From Paramoeba atlantica (taxonomy: Eukaryota; Protista; Discosea), in the NCBI GenBank assembly GCA_977017575.1, contig CDRNVI010000047.1:248001-312000 (forward strand): DNA of 64,000 bases, in the 5' to 3' direction. The notes under the pieces were generated by a model. The model did not search any database. It was not told the origin of the DNA and saw only the letters and a program-made list of their open reading frames with translations. Shown here piece by piece: positions 54,782 to 64,000 of the stretch. Made by a program: the position numbers and the translations under genes. Positions within the stretch are counted from its first letter, which is position 1, and each line of letters starts with the position of its first letter.

Positions 54782-55688
54782 ATTGCGGTGGTTGTAAAAC
54801 TACCGCTCTACACTCGATTATTGAAAAAAAAGTGAACAAAAACAGTGAAAATATAAAGGGGAACACAGTAATATAATAGAAGAAAAAAATATAAAAGGGG
54901 GCTCCGGTGGTCCAAAACTGAAAAAAAAATTTGAAAAAAATGGGGGGTCCATGGGGGGGGTCCAGGGGGGGGGTCCAGGGGGGGGGGTATGGTCGAGCAA
55001 ATTTTTTCGAAAAAATTAGTTTTCGAAAAAAAACCGCAGAAAGGGTAGCCGGGGTCTTGGCGCGCATTTTCCACCCCCCTACCCGGGGGTGACCCCCCCG
55101 CGTATCCGCAGGACGGGTCCGCCAAGTTCGGATTTTTTCGGAAAAAAAATTTTGAAAAAAATTTCAACTTGGCGAAAAAAATGACAAAAAAAATATTTTT
55201 CCAAAATCGTTTCCCCTATTGTATTTTGATAGTTTGGGACCTACACTAGCTTTCTACGCAGTTGTTTTCGCAAGGTATCACTTCTTCGAACTGTGGTGCG
55301 CCCCCCAAAATGACCCATTTTTGACTAAAAAAGGTGAAAAAGTATTTTTCGGACCTAAAGGGGCATTTTTGTGTCGAAAGAATGGTATGGTTGGAGTCGC
55401 ATTCTCTACCCAATACGTTCGGTAGGCTTCCATTCATGCCTGCGAGTGATTTCCCACGCGCAAATGTCGGATTTAGTGTTCTGAGAGCAAAAATATGCGA
55501 AAATGACCCCATTTGTACCCGAAATTCGGCTATTTTTGGCTATAATCTTTCCGTTTTCCAGGCTAAATTTTCTTTTTTAGGCTCTTCGTTAAACGCGGCG
55601 GTAGTTTTCAACGCGAAGCGCGCAGCATGAGTGACTTCTAAGTTGAAAGCAACCACCGCGTTTAACGAAGAGCCTAAAAAAGAAAATT
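54782..55688 (-). mobile_element. full copy of the long-hairpin element
   Basis: Reverse complement of 30463-31341; hairpin at 55566-55688. Confidence 0.82.
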
Positions 55689-55784
55689 GTGTCTGTAATC
55701 TAATACTTTGTCAGTATGCACTCGCATAACACCGTTTTTCTCGCTCCATAAAAAATCATTTTTGTCTCTCACGCAATATATCAG

Positions 55785-56360
55785 ATGCCCTTCTCCGCCC
55801 TCTGCTCGGACCGCCCCCGTGGTTCGAAAGTTCGCGGTGCACCCATCCCATCGGAATACAAACTTTTGGGATTCATTGCCAATATTTCAGATCCCCACCC
55901 CTCATGGTCGGACCACAACAAGGCGTTTCGGTGGCATGGAGTGTATTGCACCTCTGGTGACATTACTACTGTAAATTGGGCCGGGATGCAAAAACAAGGC
56001 ACACTCGGATGGCAGCATATTCCCCAAACTTTACTCTCTCTTACACTTAACAACAACGCGTTCTACGGAACCGTCGATTGGGGATTTCTTCCTCCGAAAT
56101 TGAGCGTGCTTGATTTGGCCAGCAATCGGTTCTCAGGCAGTGTGGACTGTGACCTGCTGCCGAAAACGCTTGAGTATCTTTATTTGCCTCGAAATCTATT
56201 CAGTGGGGAGGTCGATTTCGTGGCGCTTTTTCGAGAACGATCTTTGATGTGTTTTGATCTCAGTGGGAATGCTGGTTTACGAGGGGAAATCGCCGTACAT
56301 AGCATTCCATCAACGCTACGGTATTGGTTTACCACTGAAACAGAAATTAAAAGGGTCTAA
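55785..56360 (+). CDS. LRR protein (member 15)
   Basis: KVRGAPIPSEYKL..PSW..WHGVYC plus LRRs. Confidence 0.9.
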   Translation: MPFSALCSDRPRGSKVRGAPIPSEYKLLGFIANISDPHPSWSDHNKAFRWHGVYCTSGDITTVNWAGMQKQGTLGWQHIPQTLLSLTLNNNAFYGTVDWGFLPPKLSVLDLASNRFSGSVDCDLLPKTLEYLYLPRNLFSGEVDFVALFRERSLMCFDLSGNAGLRGEIAVHSIPSTLRYWFTTETEIKRV

Positions 56361-56574
56361 AGTGAAATGCTTTAAATACATAAATAGAGTAAGACGAAGT
56401 CTGTTTTCCTTTGATTGGGTTCCTTTTTTTCAGTTTTTTAATGTTGCTTTTTTTGCTTTCAAATAATTGCTTTTTCTTCTATCTTCAAGACCTACCGGTC
56501 GGAGTTTTTCATTCTTGAAAGCATAGTTGTTCTATTCCCATGCTTTTGAATTTCTTTAAGATAGGCCCAATAGA

Positions 56575-56928
56575 ATGCCTCTTCCTCTGGTGTTTGCCTT
56601 CGTAGGTGTAGGGGTGGCGTTCTACCAGCTGCGTCGTGCGTTTCCCCATCTAGTTCACTCTTTGGGGAATTCGCCCAAATCGTTGCTTTCTCACCCGAGT
56701 GCAGTTGGATACAAAAGGTATTTCGGTCCCGGTTTTTTACCTACCATGAGTTTATCAGAGGCAAAACTCATTTTAGGTTTTTCTTCTGACGACTGCCCAA
56801 CTACTGAGGAGATACGAAAAGCGCACCGTTCACTTGTTGCAATACATCACACCGACTTGGGCGGTTCGGTATACCTAAACAAAAAGATGAATGAGGCCAG
56901 GGATAAATTACTACAGTCACAGAGGTGA
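56575..56928 (+). CDS. Pam18/Tim14-like J-domain protein with HTD in place of HPD
   Basis: N-terminal TM helix; GF.PTMSLSEAKLILG..IRKAHR..HHTDLGGSVYLNKKMNEARDKL. Confidence 0.82.
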   Translation: MPLPLVFAFVGVGVAFYQLRRAFPHLVHSLGNSPKSLLSHPSAVGYKRYFGPGFLPTMSLSEAKLILGFSSDDCPTTEEIRKAHRSLVAIHHTDLGGSVYLNKKMNEARDKLLQSQR

Positions 56929-57315
56929 CTTGTTTTGGAACTTAATTGAACACGGTCCCTAGGTAGGATTTGTTTTTTTATGCTCTCTTTTCTTGCCTTT
57001 AGGTGATCAGAGAGCGAGCAACTGTCACGTACTGTGATAGAAGCTCGTTGGGTGAGCTGATGTTTGTGCTCCCTACTTCGTATTCAAATGCACTATTGGT
57101 TCCACACGATGTAAAATACTTTCACGAAAGCGTTTATCATTTATCACGAAAGCGTTTTTGTCCCCCGAGCCCCTAGTTCGGCTGGGTACAGTCTACATGT
57201 GCTAGGTACTGCCCACATACTTTCCGATATGAATCAACTCATTTTTTGTCACTCTGCATCATAGATTTATCTTTACCGATGCAAATAGCGTGTCGTCTAC
57301 GCCACTAAAATATCT

Positions 57316-57948
57316 ATGAATACCTTTGATCCAGATGAGGTCTCCACGCTAGGGGGTGCCAGCACTGCCTCTCTCCCCCCGGAGTATCAACTCTCACAGT
57401 TGACGCAACACATCGAAAGCCCTCATCCCAGTTGGGAAACAAACACTCCCGCATGTGAGTGGAATGGAATCCTGTGTCACACGGGGGCGGAGAGACGTCG
57501 CATGTTACGATCCCTTCAGGATCTTTTTTATGAAGTCGATATTATTTCATGGCAACACCGCAATCTTCGCGGTGTGTTGAAATGGGAGCACCTCCCCGAT
57601 ACGCTTCGCGAAATTTTTCTAGCGGAAAATCGACTGACAGGGGAGTTGTCTCTGCGGCAGCTACCGGCGAATTTAGAAGTATTTGACGTGGCAGATAATC
57701 TTTTTTATGGAACGTTGCACTTTGCCGATATACCCACTACGGTGCGCTATTTTAGTGTAAAAAACAATGCATTTAGAGGTCCTGTTGTGTTGTCACAGCT
57801 TCTGGGGAGTGTAGAGTATTTTAGTGTAGACGGAAATCCAGCTCTAAGGTTCGTGGACTCTGACCAAAGGCCACAATGCAAAACAGAACTTGCTTTTGAC
57901 CGTGACTGTTTCCGACGCTGTGAATCAAAGGAGTGTTCAGTCATGTGA
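57316..57948 (+). CDS. LRR protein (member 16)
   Basis: SLPPEYQL..PSW..CEWNGILC plus LRRs. Confidence 0.88.
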   Translation: MNTFDPDEVSTLGGASTASLPPEYQLSQLTQHIESPHPSWETNTPACEWNGILCHTGAERRRMLRSLQDLFYEVDIISWQHRNLRGVLKWEHLPDTLREIFLAENRLTGELSLRQLPANLEVFDVADNLFYGTLHFADIPTTVRYFSVKNNAFRGPVVLSQLLGSVEYFSVDGNPALRFVDSDQRPQCKTELAFDRDCFRRCESKECSVM

Positions 57949-58421
57949 TCGCGTAGTTCGTTTTGTCGTCAAACATAAAAAAATGGCACTGCTTCGAAAG
58001 TACCTTTCGGGATAGCATGGTGCGTTCCCAGTCCTGAACTGTTCTCACTGCTTTCTTTTTTACGTCCTTTGAGTTCCTGTGAAACTTTACGCGATCGACA
58101 AAAACTTTGAATCCTACTAAAGGTTGTTGAAATGAAGTGTACCCTCTACAAAATCTCACCGCATCTCACATCCTCTTCCTTGTCCCCATTTTCCTCCTTC
58201 TCTTTGCAAAAATCAACCTTTCAAAAAATAACTTTAAAGTTATGTTTTATTTTAGTAAAAGTTTCACAAAAAGGATAGAAACAAAAGGATTAAATTCTAC
58301 AACCCATTTCAAATCAACACAAACCCTACAACACCTAAACCCAAAAAACTCAACTTTATATCATAAAAAAACCATTTTCTTCACCACCCTTCCCTTCCCT
58401 CATCCCTCTCCCCCCCATCCC

Positions 58422-60476
58422 ATGTTCCACCCTCTCCGGCGTCTCCTCCACACCCTCTCCCCCACCCCCACCCCCTCCTCCTTCCTCAAGTCCCCCCCGC
58501 GTCCCCTTCTCACCGCCCCCGCCCCCGCCCCCTCCCCCCTTCTCTCGCGCCCCCACTTCCGCAACCTCGCGGTCATCGCCCACGTCGACCACGGCAAGAC
58601 GACCCTGGTGGACGCCATGCTGCGCCACAGCGGTACCCTCCGGGAGGCCCGCAACCGCGTGATGGACAGCAAGGACCAGGAGAGGGAGCGCGGGATCACG
58701 ATCCTGGCGAAACACACCAGTTTGTTGCTGCCCGCACTCCCGGGGGGGAGGGGGGAGGGGGGGAGGGGTGTGACGTCGGTTTCGTCGATTTCTTCTTCTT
58801 CTTGTTCTTCCGTGAGTCATGTTGAAAATCGAATTAATCTTGTGGATACGCCTGGACATTTAGATTTTGGTGGGGAAGTTGAACGTGCGCTTCAAATGGT
58901 TGAGGGGTTTCTTCTTCTTGTGGATGCTCATGAGGGGGTGAAGCCCGGGACACGGTATGTGTTACGCAAGGCCCTGGACTTGAGGTTAAAGCCGATTGTG
59001 GTGTTTAATAAAATGGATATGGAGGACTGTGACATTGCCAAGGCCGAGAACCAGGTTCAGGATCTGATTCTGGATTTAGCGACGGATGCGGACCAGCTGG
59101 ATCTCACCATGCTGTACGGCTCCGGACGTGCAGGGTACATGAATACGACACCGGAGGAGAACGGGGGGAAGGGAACTCTCCAACCGCTTTTTGACGCGAT
59201 TTATGACGTGATCCCACCCCCGACGGACACTGCCAAGGACGCCCCGCTTCGTATGCTGGTTGGAAATGTGGACGTGCTTCCTGATGGGACACGTCTGGCG
59301 ATTGGTCGTGTGTTCGCTGGAAGTTTAGTTGTGAAACAAATCATCACCGTTGTGCTTGGCGACCTTCAAGAAAAAGCCCAAGTCAAGAAAATTGAGGTGT
59401 ATCGTGGAGTAGAGCGCATTGAGGTCCCGAATGTGGGTTTTGGTGACATCGCAATCGTCCATCTCACGGAGCCGAAAGGGAAGTCACTCCCTCTTGAAAT
59501 TGGCGCCACGCTGTGTCACGAGGAACACATCGTACCCTGGCCTTATGTCAAACCCGAGGACCCTACCTACACCCTTATTCTCCGCGAGATGGGGGCCTCC
59601 TGGAAGGAAACCGAGATTAAGGATAAGGATAAATCACGATTTATGAATCTACGCAAATACCTCCAGCGGGAGGCCATGAACAACACCGCACTGCGTCTCG
59701 CAGAGCTCCCCGGTACTTCGAATGCGATCCAACTCCAAGGTCGGGGACTTCTCCATATTGGTGTCCTGCTCGAGGACATGCGCCGTGCCGGGTATGAGTT
59801 TGAACTACAGGCCCCGGACACGGTTACAAAGGTAATCAATGGGACCACCCATGAACCTTTTGAGCGTCTTTCCCTAGAGTTTAAAGTCGAGCACTTGGCA
59901 GCTATCACCCAGCTGCTTACCTCACGACATGCAGAACTCGGGGAAACAGAGGTGATTCGTGGGGATCGTGTCGTGCAACACTGTGAGATTGCCACACGAC
60001 TTTTGGGAGATTTAAACCTCCGGGTGCTACGGCTCACGGCGGGGGATGCGGTTGTGCAAACTGAAGTTGCGGAGTACCGTCCGTGTTTAAAAAACGCCAC
60101 CACGAGACGAGCCACCCATGCGTTGGTCTCGGTCGATCACGGAACGACCACAAACTACGCTTTGAGTTTAAATAAAGAACATGGGGTGTTTTTTGTTGGG
60201 TCCGGGACGGCCGTGTTTTATGGTCAAGTGATTGGGGAGACCACAGCGAAACAAACCACCGATCTGCCGTTAAATGTTACCAAGGAAAAAGAGCTGACGA
60301 ATTTCCGTGCGAATGCTATGGATGCTGCGAGACGTACGCAAGTGGGGTTTCGGTACGAGGAGAAGAGTCTGGAGGAGGCGTTGAGTTGGATTACACCAGA
60401 GGAGCTCGTGGTGGTTACCCCGAAGAGCGTACGGATTCGAAAGTGTGTGTTTGATGGGAAAACGAGGAAAAGGTAA
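58422..60476 (+). CDS. typA: TypA/BipA-family translational GTPase with a presequence-like N-terminus
   Basis: [74 protein letters not shown]-terminal [22 protein letters not shown]. Confidence 0.9.
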   Translation: MFHPLRRLLHTLSPTPTPSSFLKSPPRPLLTAPAPAPSPLLSRPHFRNLAVIAHVDHGKTTLVDAMLRHSGTLREARNRVMDSKDQERERGITILAKHTSLLLPALPGGRGEGGRGVTSVSSISSSSCSSVSHVENRINLVDTPGHLDFGGEVERALQMVEGFLLLVDAHEGVKPGTRYVLRKALDLRLKPIVVFNKMDMEDCDIAKAENQVQDLILDLATDADQLDLTMLYGSGRAGYMNTTPEENGGKGTLQPLFDAIYDVIPPPTDTAKDAPLRMLVGNVDVLPDGTRLAIGRVFAGSLVVKQIITVVLGDLQEKAQVKKIEVYRGVERIEVPNVGFGDIAIVHLTEPKGKSLPLEIGATLCHEEHIVPWPYVKPEDPTYTLILREMGASWKETEIKDKDKSRFMNLRKYLQREAMNNTALRLAELPGTSNAIQLQGRGLLHIGVLLEDMRRAGYEFELQAPDTVTKVINGTTHEPFERLSLEFKVEHLAAITQLLTSRHAELGETEVIRGDRVVQHCEIATRLLGDLNLRVLRLTAGDAVVQTEVAEYRPCLKNATTRRATHALVSVDHGTTTNYALSLNKEHGVFFVGSGTAVFYGQVIGETTAKQTTDLPLNVTKEKELTNFRANAMDAARRTQVGFRYEEKSLEEALSWITPEELVVVTPKSVRIRKCVFDGKTRKR

Positions 60477-60810
60477 GAAAAGGGGCAGGGAGGCGTGTGT
60501 GAGAAAAGGATAGAATATGTAGAGCTTTTTCTTGCATGTTTTCCTTTCTTACACACGCGTACAACGTGTGAAGAGTGTTCAAGATGTCGATCTGCAATTA
60601 CAGATCTGGAATACATCGTTGCGCGTCAAGTTCTGTCTCCATCATGCGTTTCTCTTTCCTTCTTCCACACACAAAAAGTTTAATCTGTTTCCCCCTTCTA
60701 CTGCTTTCCTTTCATCTTTTTATTTCTTCATTTTCTCCCTTTCCAACCCTTCCCGTCCTATCCCTTTTCTTCCTTCCCTACCTTCCCTCCACTCCCCCTC
60801 CCATGGTTCC

Positions 60811-61833
60811 ATGATCCCCCTTTTCCTCCTCATCCTCCTCATCTCATTTCCCACCCTTTCCCCTTCCACACCCACCCCCTTACACGCTCATGACCCCTTG
60901 TCGAGCTCCAAACCTCTCTCCAAGACATCCCCTCTCCCAACCCCAACCCCCCTCCTCGCTTCCTCCCACCCCCTTGAGTCGATGCTCTCCTTGATTGCCC
61001 CGATCAAAGCCCCCCACCCTAGCTGGAACGCCTCCCATCCCCTCTCCCACTGGTACGGTGTGAAATGCAATGAGCTCGGACACCCTCTAGAGCTTCGCTG
61101 GGCTGGGCTTTCGGTTTTAGGAGAGCTGAACTGGCGATTCCTGCCCCTATCGGTGGTGCGAATTAATTTACACCGCACCCACCTTCGGGGGGAGGTCGTG
61201 CTCGACCCCTCCCACCTCGCTTTGGAGGCCATAAAGATTGGGGGGAATGAGTTTACCGGTTCGTTTCCGTTTCAGACACTCCCCCCAGGGCTACGGCATT
61301 TAGATATTGGGTTAAATCGTTTTCAAGGCGTTGTGGATCTTAGTGCGCTCCCTATGGGGTTGGAGTTTTTATATTGTCACCAGAATACTTTTTCCGGAGG
61401 AGTGTACTTGAGTTTGCTTCCCGTGTGTCTAAAACGGTTGTTGTTGAACGGAAATTTGTTTATCGGGCCTGTGGATCTTCAAAGTCTCCCTCCGGCACTT
61501 CTCTCTCTTCATTTGCAGTCGAATAGTTTTACGGGAAAGGTAAATCTTCGACACCTCCCCTCATGCATAATAGAGATTTTTCTACAGATGAATGCATTTT
61601 ACGGGCGTCTAGATTTGTCGCTTCTGCCGTCTCGTCTGGAGGTTTTGCGATTGGATCATAACCACTTTCGGGGAAGTATTAAGTTAGATTCTCTTCCTCG
61701 AAGTCTGAAAAAACTACATGTAGAAGGAAATCGACTTCATGGAAACGTACGTTTTTCTCAATTTCACTCCAGCCTCATAATTTCTATCTCTTCAAAGGAG
61801 AGGTCAAAAACAATGAATTCTAGTTCTTCATAA
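60811..61833 (+). CDS. LRR protein (member 17) with a predicted signal peptide
   Basis: MIPLFLLILLISFPTLS hydrophobic N-terminus, PSW..WYGVKC cap, ~8 LRRs. Confidence 0.88.
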   Translation: MIPLFLLILLISFPTLSPSTPTPLHAHDPLSSSKPLSKTSPLPTPTPLLASSHPLESMLSLIAPIKAPHPSWNASHPLSHWYGVKCNELGHPLELRWAGLSVLGELNWRFLPLSVVRINLHRTHLRGEVVLDPSHLALEAIKIGGNEFTGSFPFQTLPPGLRHLDIGLNRFQGVVDLSALPMGLEFLYCHQNTFSGGVYLSLLPVCLKRLLLNGNLFIGPVDLQSLPPALLSLHLQSNSFTGKVNLRHLPSCIIEIFLQMNAFYGRLDLSLLPSRLEVLRLDHNHFRGSIKLDSLPRSLKKLHVEGNRLHGNVRFSQFHSSLIISISSKERSKTMNSSSS

Positions 61834-61843
61834 ACAAATGTTG

Positions 61844-61948
61844 TTTAGGCGCTTCGTTAAACGCGGTGGATGTTTTCAACTTAGAGGTCACCACTGCTGC
61901 GCGCTTCGCGTTGAAAACTACCGCCGCGTTTAGCGAAGGGACTAAAAA
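61844..61948. repeat. solo long hairpin of the hairpin-element family
   Basis: TTTAGGCGCTTCGTTAAACGCGG..CCGCGTTTAGCGAAGGGACTAAA. Confidence 0.8.
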
Positions 61949-62141
61949 GAATCTCTGCAAAAGATCATGAATAGTTCATTTTTTGGGGGTGCAAATATCA
62001 TTTTTACCGACTCTATAAACACGCTTGTCACCGGTCCCAAGCACGGAAGGTTAAGCATCATACAATGCTTAATCAGTGTGAGGGAAGAGCAATAACTCCT
62101 AAACCACTGTCCGGGTTAATATTACTATACCTTCGCATTAC

Positions 62142-62274
62142 AAAGGGCACCTTTGGAAAACCACCACAAAACTGGAACGGTATCTCCCGTTAGAGATCCT
62201 TTTGTCACATCAGAATGCTCTACAAATCGAGAGATACCGTTCCAGTTTCGAGGTGGTTTTCCAAAGGTGCCTTT
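62142..62274. repeat. 45-bp inverted repeat with a 44-nt spacer
   Basis: 62142-62186 is nearly the reverse complement of 62231-62274. Confidence 0.85.
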
Positions 62275-62602
62275 AGTATCTCCCTCGTCCACTTTAGCCT
62301 GGATTACATAGCCATCAAAACATGCTCCCTAGGACTCCTTACAGCTGCTCCTCCTTCCTCTACGGCCTCGCGTGTCACACACTTCCAGTTGAATGTTGAC
62401 CAGCACAGGGTGAAGACGCATCGAATGAAACCAAAGCGTATACAGGTATATCAGGCTCCAAACGCTCAAAACATAATTCTGTTCTCCGGGGGCCAAAACT
62501 ATTTTTTTCCCAAGAACATCAGATTTCCCTGTGTTTTGACCTGGGATTTTGAATTCTTTAACAGTACGGGTTGTTTAGGTATCTTATCGAAAAAACGTCG
62601 CA

Positions 62603-62715
62603 TTTTTAGTCTCTTCGCTATACGCGGTGGTTGTTTCAACTTAGAAGTCACTCATGCTGCGCGCTTCGCGTTGAAAACTACCACCGCGTATAACGAAGAG
62701 CCTAAAAAAGAAAAA
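62603..62715. repeat. solo long hairpin of the hairpin-element family
   Basis: Same loop TTAGAAGTCACTCATGCTGCGCGCTTCGC and stem as 30466-30562. Confidence 0.8.
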
Positions 62716-63116
62716 TTGCCAAAATATCATGAATAATCTAGTTTTTTGGGTGAAAAACCTCGATTTTTCGCCAAAAATTGCGAAATTTTAACCCGAATTT
62801 GGGCCGTTTTGGATGCCTTACCAGTAGGCAGGATTGTGTCGGACACATCCTGCGAGCACAACGCAGAGTTAAACCCTGTTGTGTCGGTGAAAAATAATCT
62901 CCTACGCGTGTGCTATCACTTCCCCTAGCTCAATTTTGAAAATTTAATATACTGTGCCCCCCCCACTTATAGTGCCGCGGGGTACCCCCCACTTACACTG
63001 TATAGTGCCGTTTTGAAAAAAACCGTCCAAGAAAAAATGACCAATTTTTTTTGACCAAAAAGTAGAGCAAATATGGTGTAAATTTCTAATGTATTCGTGT
63101 ATGGAAATAATTGAAA

Positions 63117-64000
63117 TTTGCGGTGGTTGTAAAACTACCGCTCTACACTCGATTATTGAAAAAAAAGTGAACAAAAACAGTGAAAATATAAAGGGGAACA
63201 CAGTAATATAATAGAAGAAAAAATATAAAAGGGGTCCGGTGGACCAAAACTGAAAAAAAAATTTGAAAAAAATGGGGGGTCCAGGGGGGCGGGTCCAGGG
63301 GGGGGGCTCCATGGGGAGGGGTCCAGGAGGGGGGGTCATGGTCGAGCAATTTTTTTCGAAAAAATTAGTTTTCGAAAGAAAACCGCAGAAAGGGTAGCCG
63401 GGGTCTTGGCGCGCATTTTCCACCCCCCTACCCGGGGGTGACCCCCGCGCATATCCGCAGGACGGATCCGCCCGTCGTAGAGTTCGGATTTTTTCGGAAA
63501 AAAAATTTTGAAAAAAATTTCAACTTAGCGAAAAAAATGACAAAAAAAATATTTTTCCAAAATCGTTTCCCCTATTGTATTTTGATAGTTTGGGACCTAC
63601 ACTAGCTTTCTCCGCAGTTGTTTTCGCAAGGTATCACTTCTTCGAACCGTGGTGCGCCCCTCAAAATGACCCATTTTTGACTAAAAAAGGTGAAAAAGTA
63701 TTTTTCGGACCCAAAGGGCCCTTTTTGTGTCGAAAGAATGGTATGGTTGGAGTCGTATTCTCTACCCAATACGTTCGGTAGGCTTTCATTCATGCCTACG
63801 AGTGATTTCCCACGCGCAAATGTCGGATTTAGTGCTCGGAGAGCAAAAATACGCGAAAATCACCCCATTTTTACCCGAAATTCGGCTATTTTTGGCTATA
63901 ATCTTTTCATTTTCCAGGCTAAATTTTCTTTTTTAGGCTCTTCGTTAAACGCGGTGGTGGTTTTCAACTCGGAGAGCGTAGCATGAGTGACTTCTAAGTT
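63117..64000 (-). mobile_element. copy of the long-hairpin element, cut by the window end
   Basis: Near-identical to 54782-55640. Confidence 0.82.

Noticed and set aside
1-64000. tRNA, rRNA genes and cis-introns in host genes
   Set aside because: None recognisable by eye; host ORFs are continuous. A covariance-model scan would be needed to exclude small RNAs.

Overview
Intronless, gene-dense eukaryotic DNA with every host gene on the + strand, as in a kinetoplastid polycistronic unit. The kinetoplastid spliced-leader (SL) core GATACAGTTTCTGTAC occurs five times. A Perkinsela/prokinetoplastid-like host is a guess from gene style only. Housekeeping genes (CKS1, PFK-2/FBPase-2, CTU2, TruD/PUS7, AIF/FSP1-like oxidoreductase, SGT, prefoldin 5, COA6-like, SAM synthetase, NAP1, MAM33/p22, Pam18-like, TypA/BipA) alternate with 17 members of one LRR gene family. 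The main discovery is an apparent LINE/SINE system. It comprises a full-length but decayed RLE-type non-LTR retrotransposon (16475-21348; HERO/NeSL-like, four CxxxCxxKxxCxHxCC motifs) that starts with an SL exon, and five ~0.4-0.6 kb non-coding elements, four headed by SL-RNA-like sequence (the fifth is 5'-truncated). All six share a 3' terminal ATCTC-hairpin-TGA structure whose stems covary. One short copy has precisely lost a GT..AG segment behind the SL exon, as expected for a retrocopy of a spliced RNA. The five insertions in LRR genes all fall in the same codon of the LxxLxLxxN motif, with no clear target-site duplication. The window also holds a Tc1/mariner transposase remnant, two TA-flanked MITE families, a long-hairpin element family, and recurrent C/A-rich to G/T-rich skew flips. 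Everything was read by eye; no searches were run.
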